Shown piece by piece: positions 36,499 to 45,380 of a stretch of 64,000 nt of DNA (its first letter is position 1; the number at the start of each line of letters is the position of its first letter). Made by a program: the position numbers and the translations under genes. Location: assembly GCA_028717685.1 (NCBI GenBank), contig JAQUNI010000001.1:633329-697328 (forward strand), given 5' to 3'. The notes below the pieces were generated by a model. It ran no database searches. It saw only the letters and a list, made by a program, of their open reading frames with translations, and had not been told where the DNA came from. The DNA is from Patescibacteria group bacterium. GTDB lineage: Bacteria > Patescibacteriota > JAQUNI01.

Positions 36499-38940
36499 AT
36501 GTTATCAGGAGGATTAAGCGAAAAACAAGTTTTAGAATTAAGAGAGAAATTTGGCGAGAATTTGATTCTATCTAAAGAGAAAACCACTTGGCTTTCAATT
36601 TTATTATTTCAACTTAAGAGCCCCTTAATTTATATTTTAATTGTTATCGGGTTTATTTCCCTATTTTTTAAAGAATACTTTGATCTGATTTTAATTTGGT
36701 CCGTGATCGTCCTTAATACCCTGATGGGTTTTTTCCAAGAATACCATGTTAAAAAAACCCTCGCTGCTTTTAGAAAACTTTTAAAGCCTAAGGCGCTAGT
36801 TGTCCGAGAAGGCAAAAGGAAGGAGATTGAAGCAAGGGAATTAGTGCCGGGCGATTTGGTTGTTTTAAATTCTGGAGATAAAGTCCCGGCTGACGGAAAA
36901 ATCATCGAAGGAGTAAATTTGTTAATTAATGAAGCAATTTTAACCGGCGAAGAGGAGGCGGTGGCGAAAACAACAGAGAAAGAAAACAGTCTTGCTTTTA
37001 TGGGCACGATGGTGATTTCCGGCAGGGGAATCATAAAAGTTTTAAATATCGGGAAAGAAACAGCAATTGGAAAGATTGAGCAAAAATTAGCCGACATAAA
37101 AGAAAGGAAAACGCCGATTCAGCTGAAACTTGACGAATTTTCAAAAAGTTTAGGGAAGATTATTTTAATCGTTTGCGTAATTGTTTTTTTAGTAGGATTG
37201 TTCTATCGGGTAGACGCTTGGGAAATGTTTAAGTTCGCCGTTATCCTGGCGGTGGCGGCAATACCCGAGGGTTTGCCGATAGCGATAACCGTGATTTTAG
37301 CCCTCGGGGTGAGGAGAGTATTAAAAAGAAACGGGCTGGTTAAAAGGTTAATTTCAGTTGAGACCCTAGGTTCAACCTCGGTTATTTGCACCGATAAAAC
37401 CGGAACCCTGACAGAAGGAAAAATGAAAGTCGTAAAAACAGATTTTTTAGATAAGGGAAAAACATTGCTTGCTTTAACTTTGAATAATGAGCAAAGGAGC
37501 GGTTTGGAGGCTGCTATTTGGGATTATGTAAAAAAGGAAAAGAGATTTAACCCCCAAGATATTTTTGATAAAGCGGAAAGAATTTATGAGGAGCCATTTG
37601 ATAGCGAAAAGAAATATTCAATGACTATAAATAAAGTTGAAAATAAGGAAATTGCTTTTTTGAAAGGGGCTCCAGAAATTATTCTTTCATTTTGCCAGAT
37701 TTTTGATGAAGAGAAAAATAAAATTTTGAGAGAAATTGAAAAATGGGCGGACGAGGGATTGAGAATTTTAGGGGTAGCTTTTAAAGAGAAAGGAAATTTA
37801 AAGGAGAAGAAAGGATTTTCTTGGCTTGGCTTAGTCGGTATTATTGATCCGATCAGGAAAGATGTGAGAGAGGCAATTTTGAGCGCTCAAAAAGCCGGGA
37901 TAGAAATTAAAATAGTGACCGGCGACTATCGAAAAACAGCCGAAAGATTAGCAGCCAATCTCGGATTTAAACTCGCGCCAAAAAATATTTTAGAAGGTCA
38001 GATGCTGGAAGCTATTTCAGAGGAAGAACTTGAAAAGAAAATAGACGACATTGTTGTATTCAGCAGGGTTGCCCCCCATCAAAAACAAAAAATAGTAAAA
38101 GTGCTTCAGGAAAAAGGAGAGATAGTGGCGATGACAGGAGATGGCGTAAATGATGTCCTTGCCTTAAAAAAAGCCGATATTGGCGTCGCGGTAGGAAGCG
38201 CTTCCGAGGTAGCCAAGGAAGCGGGAGATTTAATTTTACTGGACAATAATTTTACGACGATTGTCGCGGCAGTGGAGGAAGGCAGATTAATTTTTTCAAA
38301 CATTAAAAAAGTTGTAAGTTATGTTCTCTCCAATTCTTTTGTGGAGATTTTTTTGATTTTCGGCTCCATAATTTTAGATTTGCCCTATCCTCTTATAATA
38401 GTTCAAATTTTGTGGCTTCACCTTATTTGCGACGGACCACCCGATATTATATTGGGCTTTGAGCCTAAAGAAAAAGATCTTATGAAAGAAAGACCAGAAA
38501 ATCTTCGGAAAGAAAGCATTCTCTCTAACGCAATGAAATTTTTAATCTTCGGAATCAGTTTTATTATCGGATTCCTCTGTTTATTTCTCTTCTGGTATAT
38601 TCTGGAAAAAACAGGGGATCTAATTTTTGCTCGCACCATTATTTTTACAACAGTCGCCATAGTTGATTTAATTTATATTTTTTCTTTTAAGAATTTGAAA
38701 AAACCCATTTTCAAAACCGAGAATTTTTTCAAAAATAAGCTTTTGTTTTTAGGCGTGCTTTATGGACTTTTACTTACTTTCGCCGCCATTTATTTGCCTG
38801 TTTTGAATCGAATTTTAGGCACAGAGCCTCTCAAACCAATTCATTGGTTATTAGTTTTAAGCGTTGCTTTAATTGCTACCCTTTGGGCTGAATTAGTTAA
38901 AATTGTATATAATCGAAAACATAGGCTTAATAATAATTAG
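36499..38940 (+). CDS. P-type cation-transporting ATPase (P2/P3-type, Ca2+/Mg2+-like)
   Basis: DKTGTLT phosphorylation motif, TGDGVNDVLALKKADIGVAVG hinge and TGES-like region. 8 to 10 TM helices. Confidence 0.9.
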   Translation: MLSGGLSEKQVLELREKFGENLILSKEKTTWLSILLFQLKSPLIYILIVIGFISLFFKEYFDLILIWSVIVLNTLMGFFQEYHVKKTLAAFRKLLKPKALVVREGKRKEIEARELVPGDLVVLNSGDKVPADGKIIEGVNLLINEAILTGEEEAVAKTTEKENSLAFMGTMVISGRGIIKVLNIGKETAIGKIEQKLADIKERKTPIQLKLDEFSKSLGKIILIVCVIVFLVGLFYRVDAWEMFKFAVILAVAAIPEGLPIAITVILALGVRRVLKRNGLVKRLISVETLGSTSVICTDKTGTLTEGKMKVVKTDFLDKGKTLLALTLNNEQRSGLEAAIWDYVKKEKRFNPQDIFDKAERIYEEPFDSEKKYSMTINKVENKEIAFLKGAPEIILSFCQIFDEEKNKILREIEKWADEGLRILGVAFKEKGNLKEKKGFSWLGLVGIIDPIRKDVREAILSAQKAGIEIKIVTGDYRKTAERLAANLGFKLAPKNILEGQMLEAISEEELEKKIDDIVVFSRVAPHQKQKIVKVLQEKGEIVAMTGDGVNDVLALKKADIGVAVGSASEVAKEAGDLILLDNNFTTIVAAVEEGRLIFSNIKKVVSYVLSNSFVEIFLIFGSIILDLPYPLIIVQILWLHLICDGPPDIILGFEPKEKDLMKERPENLRKESILSNAMKFLIFGISFIIGFLCLFLFWYILEKTGDLIFARTIIFTTVAIVDLIYIFSFKNLKKPIFKTENFFKNKLLFLGVLYGLLLTFAAIYLPVLNRILGTEPLKPIHWLLVLSVALIATLWAELVKIVYNRKHRLNNN

Positions 38941-39020
38941 CAGATATAATGATAAAATTCCATTTTACCTCTTTTTTATTTGAATCCTCACAGGAGTTAT
39001 CTTTCAATTACTATAAAGAG

Positions 39021-39058
39021 GAGGGGTCGAGTCTAAAAAGCTTGACCCTTTTTTATTT
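39021..39058 (+). terminator. Family-B conserved terminator copy 5
   Basis: GAGGGGTCGAGTCTAAAAAGCTTGACCCTTTTTTATTT. Confidence 0.65.
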
Positions 39059-39154
39059 CTATATTCTAGCAAAGCAGATGATTATTTTTTAATACCCACA
39101 TTAGATAGCAAGAAATTTTGTGATATAATGAATGTGATTTTTAAAAACAAAACT

Positions 39155-39757
39155 ATGAAAAAAATTGCCATTATCGTGGGTGCGATGTTGCTTTTTTCGG
39201 GTTGTAGTATTGGTGCGAATAAAGCATCCGAATCTGATACCAGCCAAGTCCAAAAAGGGAAAGAGGGAGAAGTTTGCAGCGCCAGCAAGATTTGCGAGGA
39301 GGGACTGAAATGTATCAGTAATATCTGTTCTTCGGGGGTCGTTGGTTCGGCATGCGCGACTTATAAAGATTGTCAAACGGGGTTGTACTGCATTAAAGCG
39401 GTCTGCTCTAATCCGCCTTCTTATACCCAATACTTTAACAAAATTCAGATCGGTAAAATGAAACCAGAACCGCCAGGGCCAAAAAATATTCCCGTTCCTG
39501 CCACCGAATTTACCTCGGCTGACACTCTGGAAATTGATGTGCAGACCAAAACCGGCGTGACAGGCACTTTGCATTATGAACTCATCAATGCCACGACAGG
39601 TCAAACCGAAATGTCTAGCGCGGACAACAAACAGAAAGTAGCGCCAGGATCGTGGGGGACAGGGTTCATGATCCCTGCAGGATTGTCGGGGCAATACGAT
39701 TTGAATATCTATTTTAATGACGAGCTTATTTACACGACTACTATTACTGTGACCTAA
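39155..39757 (+). CDS. Lipoprotein with Cys-rich N-terminal region, hypothetical
   Basis: Signal peptide with lipobox LFSGC. Repeated C..C.SNIC/KAVC motifs then a beta-rich C-terminal domain. Confidence 0.55.
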   Translation: MKKIAIIVGAMLLFSGCSIGANKASESDTSQVQKGKEGEVCSASKICEEGLKCISNICSSGVVGSACATYKDCQTGLYCIKAVCSNPPSYTQYFNKIQIGKMKPEPPGPKNIPVPATEFTSADTLEIDVQTKTGVTGTLHYELINATTGQTEMSSADNKQKVAPGSWGTGFMIPAGLSGQYDLNIYFNDELIYTTTITVT

Positions 39758-39763
39758 TAGTAA

Positions 39764-39794
39764 ACCCCGTTAGAGAGTCGTTCTCTAATGGGGT
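39764..39794 (+). terminator. Family-C conserved hairpin copy 1
   Basis: ACCCCGTTAGAGA-GTCGT-TCTCTAATGGGGT, starting 7 nt after the stop codon. Confidence 0.65.
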
Positions 39795-40009
39795 AAATAA
39801 CGAAATCGCAGAACCATAAGGAGGTGTGCATTTTGACTACACTTTTTTTGAGCTGACTAATTAAACAGGTTCTAACCCTTCGGCTTAGTTCGATAGGTAT
39901 GACGGTGAGCCCGTCGAACCGATAACTATAAATTGCTTGAGGGCAGGCGTTCGTCCCGAGAGGACTTGAGCCCCGAGGGGCTATTGTCTACGATGCGGAG
40001 TTTATATTA

Positions 40010-40043
40010 AAAAAATGGCTTAAATAAAGCCATTTTTTGTTTC
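40010..40043. promoter_or_regulatory. Family-A palindrome copy 4 upstream of a TTGACT promoter
   Basis: AAAAAATGGCTTAAATAAAGCCATTTTTTGTT, then TTGACT at 40049. Confidence 0.6.
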
Positions 40044-40217
40044 CAGTATTGACTTATCCGACAAAATAGGAAATAATGATGTTTATAGGATTTATTTTTT
40101 TTATTGAGATGGTTCTTTTTTACTAAAATTAATCTAGTATATTAAGCGGCAGAAGCGACCTTTGAGATGTATATAATATTTTTTGAAGTAATCATTATTT
40201 TTTGTGGAGGTGAAGAT

Positions 40218-41165
40218 ATGCAAGGAGGGCAGCATTGGAATATTCTGAAAGAGATCCCTGTTTCCATTAATAATATTATTGGTGACCCCTTCGTTCCAGC
40301 GCAGATAGAAGACACTTTTTATAAGTTATCTAGCTTACGGGCATCCGGTCATAAAGGGCCGATTTCCATCATCACTAAATCCAAATTTGATACCGCGATG
40401 TTGGAGAGGCTCTCCCTTTATGGCGATATGACCAACTTGATCATTTTCTACACATTAACAGGAATGAAAGAAGGAGGCATCCCGTTTCCGGAAAGAATTC
40501 AGACTTATAAAGAACTGGCACAGCTTAAATCTCACACTGTCTTGCTCTATCGCCCGATTATTCAGGGCCATAATGATTCCCCGGAAATAATTAAGACTAT
40601 GGTGGACCTTTGCAAAGTGACAGGAACCCGTCTTGTTTATACCGGATTTTATAACCAGAAGAAAGAGAAGTTTCTTAATCCTGTAACAGAAAATAAAATT
40701 GTTCAATATGCTAGGGAAATGGGCGTTGGGAATTTTCCCAAATCAGCCTGCGCAACAAGCGATATTTTAGGTGATGTTTGTTTCGCGCATGTGAACGAGG
40801 GGTCCATGAACTTAAAGTTGATCAGGGAACTTTACGATATAGAGGACCAAGATGGGAAGATTATCCTTGCTTATGGTACGCCCGGTGATCGTAATTTCAT
40901 TCGTTTCATCACCCATGCCAATGTTACTATCAACAAGAGTGAGCCTTACCATTTTTTATCTCTTCAGACAGAGATCCCTTTATTATGTTCATCAAGCTGG
41001 TTTAGCTGGAGCCAGATTGTGCCTTGCAGTATAGGATGCTGGTACTGCTCAACAGAATATGTGTTTCCGGAATGCAAGGAGCCGAAACAAATTGGATGCA
41101 ACCCCGTAGAAATCCCGCATCTTGTTTCAGATAACATCGTTATGCCCGTTGGCGCATTATCTTAA
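40218..41165 (+). CDS. Hypothetical protein with C-terminal CxxxCxxC (PCSIGCWYC) cysteine cluster
   Basis: ATG at 40218 after GGAGGTGAAG. The C-terminal 50 aa carry six Cys including CSIGCWYC, a radical-SAM-like spacing but at an atypical position. Confidence 0.45.
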   Translation: MQGGQHWNILKEIPVSINNIIGDPFVPAQIEDTFYKLSSLRASGHKGPISIITKSKFDTAMLERLSLYGDMTNLIIFYTLTGMKEGGIPFPERIQTYKELAQLKSHTVLLYRPIIQGHNDSPEIIKTMVDLCKVTGTRLVYTGFYNQKKEKFLNPVTENKIVQYAREMGVGNFPKSACATSDILGDVCFAHVNEGSMNLKLIRELYDIEDQDGKIILAYGTPGDRNFIRFITHANVTINKSEPYHFLSLQTEIPLLCSSSWFSWSQIVPCSIGCWYCSTEYVFPECKEPKQIGCNPVEIPHLVSDNIVMPVGALS

Positions 41166-41244
41166 ATTATGCTTAAAACGGGCTTTTTATTTTTAACTTG
41201 AGAAAAGCGTCAAAGCAGGGTAAAATTAAAAAAGAGATAAAATT

Positions 41245-41961
41245 ATGTGTAAAAAACCAATTGCCATTGCCACAATTTCTTTAAATAGGACCCCCGAAGA
41301 AGGAGAAACAGTTTTAGAGACAGTGAAAATTCTGAATAGTCTTGGTATCCCCATAGTAATAGCAGATGGCGGTTCCCCAATAAAACAAAAGAAAATAATG
41401 AAATCATTTTCCAATGTTACTTTTTTGGAAGCAGAAGGACTGACCAATGAAATAAAGACCACTTTTTGGCAGGGCGCGGCAATGGCTGATTCTCTTTTCT
41501 ATCTTCATTTGGATAAATTGGATTTTGTCAGGAAATATGTTCCGAAGTTGATTCAACACTACCTCGCTTGCAAAAAGAAAAAGATGCTTGTTGTTGCGCG
41601 GACTAAAAAGTCCTTCCAAACTTATCCTCCCTACCAAAGGAAAGTGGAGGAATATTTGAATTATGTTCTCGGAGACTATTGCGGTTTAAGGTCGGATTAT
41701 TATTATGGTCCGAAGATTTTTTCCTCAATGCTTGTCCCATATCTTAAAGCGCTCAAAGGGGATGTGGCTTTTGGCATTGAAGCCTATTTTTATGTTTTAA
41801 ATCACAGACTCTCTCTGCCTATGGAATTCTATCCCGTGGAGATTACCGCCCCTGCCGAGGTGCTTGCAGACGAGCTCGAATTCAAACAATATCGTTTGAA
41901 AGGTCTTTCGCAACAGGTAGAAGGTTTTTTACAGGGGCAGAAAGTGGAAGTCGCAGGGTAA
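41245..41961 (+). CDS. GT2-like (GT-A fold) protein, divergent
   Basis: IAIATISLNRTPEEGETVLETVKILNSLGIPIVIADGGS resembles the N-terminus of GT2/Dpm1-like enzymes. Weak similarity. Confidence 0.4.
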   Translation: MCKKPIAIATISLNRTPEEGETVLETVKILNSLGIPIVIADGGSPIKQKKIMKSFSNVTFLEAEGLTNEIKTTFWQGAAMADSLFYLHLDKLDFVRKYVPKLIQHYLACKKKKMLVVARTKKSFQTYPPYQRKVEEYLNYVLGDYCGLRSDYYYGPKIFSSMLVPYLKALKGDVAFGIEAYFYVLNHRLSLPMEFYPVEITAPAEVLADELEFKQYRLKGLSQQVEGFLQGQKVEVAG

Positions 41962-42146
41962 TTCCCATCTTAAAAAGATGGCTCATTTAACAGCCTATAT
42001 TAAAAATGGTTCCTATTGCGTTATTTTTCAATGGCAAAATTTCCAAGGGCATTGTCCAGAAATACTGTAACTTTTAGCGATTTTATATTATAATATTAAT
42101 GAAGGGTAATAAAATAAATTAAATAAAAAATAAAGAGGAGGTAAGA

Positions 42147-42614
42147 ATGAAAAAGTATATTTACATCTTGGTTATTCTAGTTGTGATCGTGGTGGGTTTA
42201 GGAGCTTATTTTTTGTGGAAGCGGTCAAATGCGCCGCAAGCCGCGCCTTCTGTTGGTCCGCAGAGCGTTTCGCAGGTGCTGTCGGAGGTGGAAAAGATCT
42301 CCGGGTTGCCCAGCGCAAAGCCAGTAAAAGTGAAACAGGATTTTGGCAGCACAGAGAATTTGCTGGACGCTCAAGGCTTTACCTTTACAGCAAAGTTGGG
42401 TGCGCCGGAAATTCAGCAAAAAGTTGACTCTACAGATGAGTGGCTCAAAAATCAGGGATTTACGGCACAAGAATTCAAGCAACCCGAATCAGACAGTGTG
42501 GGTAATCGGTTTATAAAATACAAAAAAGGCTCCACGGAGTGCGTTTTGGAAAAAACGGACATTGAAAGCCAAGACACAAGCGAAGTCTCTTTTGGTTGTC
42601 GTGAATTAAAGTAG
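42147..42614 (+). CDS. Secreted or membrane-anchored hypothetical protein
   Basis: N-terminal hydrophobic helix. AAGGAGG RBS. Confidence 0.4.
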   Translation: MKKYIYILVILVVIVVGLGAYFLWKRSNAPQAAPSVGPQSVSQVLSEVEKISGLPSAKPVKVKQDFGSTENLLDAQGFTFTAKLGAPEIQQKVDSTDEWLKNQGFTAQEFKQPESDSVGNRFIKYKKGSTECVLEKTDIESQDTSEVSFGCRELK

Positions 42615-43025
42615 AGGGAAGGCGAAGCCGCATAAAAAACAGACACGCGAGGCAACTCTAGAGAGGTGAAACTTGAGAGATTTCTGTTTAAAAAAATCAA
42701 AACAAAAAAATATAAGGATGGAATATGGTCATTATTCTATATTTTGCCTAGGCTAGTCTTGGGTATATTTTTTGTTTTTAGCTGATAAAGAAAAAGGGGA
42801 ATAGTTTTGCGCGCGTCAAAATATCAGGGTGATAGTATGAGCGCACTAAATTACACATAAAATTTTGCCCTTTTGGAAAAATATGCTAAAGTAGTTTGAT
42901 GTTTTCGGGAAGGAGGGAAACATCAAAAAGTTTTGTTTTTTCGTTCTTTCATAAATAAGAGCCGCGCGCGGCGGAATATTGGGATAGGCTCTTTTTTGTT
43001 TATTAGTTAAGGGAGGAATTGTGGT

Positions 43026-44195
43026 ATGGATAAGAGAAAGGTCAACATAGGTTTAATTGGTTACAAATTTATGGGCAAGGCGCACAGCCACGCTTATCTG
43101 GATATGCCTAAATTTTTTCCGGATACAAGTGGTGTGCCGGTAATGCAGGCTGTGTGCGGAAGGAACGCAAGTGATCTTATTACTTTTGCGCGACAATGGG
43201 GATGGAAAAATTCATGTACGGATTGGCGCGATCTTATAGAACGGGATGATATTGATCTCGTGGACATTACCGCACCGAACAATAGTCACGCAGAAATCGC
43301 TATTGCAGCTGCGAAAGCAGGTAAACATGTGTTCTGTGAAAAACCGCTAGCAATGAACGTCATTGAAGCACGAGATATGCTAGGAGCTGTAAAAGAAGCT
43401 GGTGTCAAGCACATGATCAACTTTAATTATCGTAAAGCTCCAGCAATCGCACTTGCGAAGAAGATGATTGACGAGGGAAAGCTTGGTAAAATCTATCACT
43501 TCCGCAGCGTCTATCTGCAGGACTGGATAATTAACCCTGATTTTCCGATCGTATGGCGCCTAGATAAGACTGTTGCCGGTTCGGGCTCTCTTGGAGACCT
43601 TGGCGCTCATATAGTGGACCTTGCCAGATACCTCATTGGTGAGTTCAAGTTCGTTGTTGGTATGGGAGAGACTTTTATTAAGGAACGTCCATTGACCGAG
43701 ATCGGCACTACCGGCGGATTAGCGGCAAAAGCGACTGGTGGCAAGGGCGAAGTTACTGTTGACGATGCTACGCTATTCCTCGCGAGGTTTGTAAATGGTG
43801 CTGTGGCGACTTTTGAGGTAACAAGGTTCGCCACAGGAAGGAAGAATTATAACAGATTTGAGATTAACGGCAGTAAAGGCAGTATAGTATTCAACCTTGA
43901 AAGAATGAATGAGCTGGAATACTACAATGTTGATGATCCTGAAGGTTTGCAGGGATTCAGAGTAATTCAGGTCACCGATCCATCACATCCATATATGCAA
44001 GCTTGGTGGCCGCCAGCCCACATCATCGGGTATGAACATACCTTTATACATCAGGTCTATGACTTGATGCAGGCTATAGCCAGTGATAAACAGGCATCTC
44101 CAAACTTTGAAGATGGCTTGGAATGTCAAAGAGTGTTGGAAGCAGTAAAGTGTTCGATAGAGGATGATAAATGGGTTCAGATATATTACATGTAA
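43026..44195 (+). CDS. Gfo/Idh/MocA family NAD(P)-dependent oxidoreductase
   Basis: VNIGLIGYKFMGKAHSHAY...VDITAPNNSHAEIAIAAAKAGKHVFCEKP is the Rossmann N-terminal domain of this family. Local GC is higher than surroundings. Confidence 0.85.
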   Translation: MDKRKVNIGLIGYKFMGKAHSHAYLDMPKFFPDTSGVPVMQAVCGRNASDLITFARQWGWKNSCTDWRDLIERDDIDLVDITAPNNSHAEIAIAAAKAGKHVFCEKPLAMNVIEARDMLGAVKEAGVKHMINFNYRKAPAIALAKKMIDEGKLGKIYHFRSVYLQDWIINPDFPIVWRLDKTVAGSGSLGDLGAHIVDLARYLIGEFKFVVGMGETFIKERPLTEIGTTGGLAAKATGGKGEVTVDDATLFLARFVNGAVATFEVTRFATGRKNYNRFEINGSKGSIVFNLERMNELEYYNVDDPEGLQGFRVIQVTDPSHPYMQAWWPPAHIIGYEHTFIHQVYDLMQAIASDKQASPNFEDGLECQRVLEAVKCSIEDDKWVQIYYM

Positions 44196-44237
44196 CCCAT
44201 TGGGTTATTGAAAAAAACAAGAAAGGAGAAAAGAAAA

Positions 44238-45251
44238 ATGGCAAGACCAGTGACTCTTTTTACAGGACAATGGGCAGATTTACCCCTAGAAAAACTTGCA
44301 ATCATGGCAAAAAAGTTTGGCTATGATGGGCTTGAACTTGCGTGTTGGGGCGATCACTTTGACGTGAGTGCCGCATTAAAGGTTAATTACTGTAGAGACA
44401 GATATTCAATTCTGCGTAATCAGGGGCTTGGAGTTTGGGCAATAAGTAATCACCTTGCTGGACAGGCAGTATGTGATAACATAGATCAGCGACATCAATC
44501 AATTCTTCCACCGCATATATGGGGTGATGGAAATCCTGAAGGTGTAAGACAAAGGGCGGCAGAGGAAATGAAAAATACAGCGAGAGCCGCTAGAATATTT
44601 GCTGATATAGTGGGTCACGAAATAGTCGTCTGCGGGTTTACTGGTTCAGGTATATGGCATCTGCTTTATTCATTCCCGCCTGTTTCACCAGATATGATTG
44701 ATGCTGGATACAAGGATTTCGCAGATAGATGGAATCCGATTCTTGACGTTTTTGACGAGGTTGGAGTGAAATTCGCTCTGGAGGCGCACCCAACGGAGAT
44801 AGCATTTGACGCATGTTCAGCAGCGAGAGCAGTTGAGGTATTAGATGGACGCAAAGCTTTCGGCTTCAACTATGACCCCAGCCATCTTGTGTATCAGGGG
44901 GTTGACTACATTAAATTCCTTGAAATGTTTGGCGATAGAATCTATCACGTACATATGAAGGATGCGTGGAAATCTGACAAACCAACCCTCGCTGGCACAT
45001 TTGGGGGGCACACTAACTTTGGCGATGTGAGACGCAATTGGGATTTCAGGTCGCTGGGGCGCGGAAGTGTTGATTTTGAGGAGATCATTCGTATGCTCAA
45101 CAGGGTCAATTATCAAGGTCCATTGAGTGTGGAATGGGAAGATTCAGGCATGGATCGTGAGCATGGCGCCGTTGAAGCCTGCGAGTTTGTGAAGGCATTG
45201 GATTTTCCGCCTTCAACTACAGCCTTTGATGCTGCTTTTGAGAAGAAGTAA
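44238..45251 (+). CDS. Sugar phosphate isomerase/epimerase (xylose-isomerase-like TIM barrel)
   Basis: ATG at 44238 after AAAGGAGAAAAG. AP-endonuclease-2/xylose-isomerase-like TIM pattern (LELACW..., EAHP, HVHMKD, VEWED). Confidence 0.8.
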   Translation: MARPVTLFTGQWADLPLEKLAIMAKKFGYDGLELACWGDHFDVSAALKVNYCRDRYSILRNQGLGVWAISNHLAGQAVCDNIDQRHQSILPPHIWGDGNPEGVRQRAAEEMKNTARAARIFADIVGHEIVVCGFTGSGIWHLLYSFPPVSPDMIDAGYKDFADRWNPILDVFDEVGVKFALEAHPTEIAFDACSAARAVEVLDGRKAFGFNYDPSHLVYQGVDYIKFLEMFGDRIYHVHMKDAWKSDKPTLAGTFGGHTNFGDVRRNWDFRSLGRGSVDFEEIIRMLNRVNYQGPLSVEWEDSGMDREHGAVEACEFVKALDFPPSTTAFDAAFEKK

Positions 45252-45265
45252 ATTTTCATTGATAC

Positions 45266-45302
45266 CCTGCAATCGTTCGATTGCAGGTTTTTTATTTTTT
45301 TT
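45266..45302 (+). terminator. Rho-independent terminator
   Basis: CCTGCAATCGTTCGATTGCAGG followed by a T-run. Confidence 0.7.
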
Positions 45303-45380
45303 GGAATTGTGTTAAAATAAACATAAAGCTACAAACAAGCCGTCTGTAAAAATAAAGATCAAAAAATAACTTAAAAAAAT

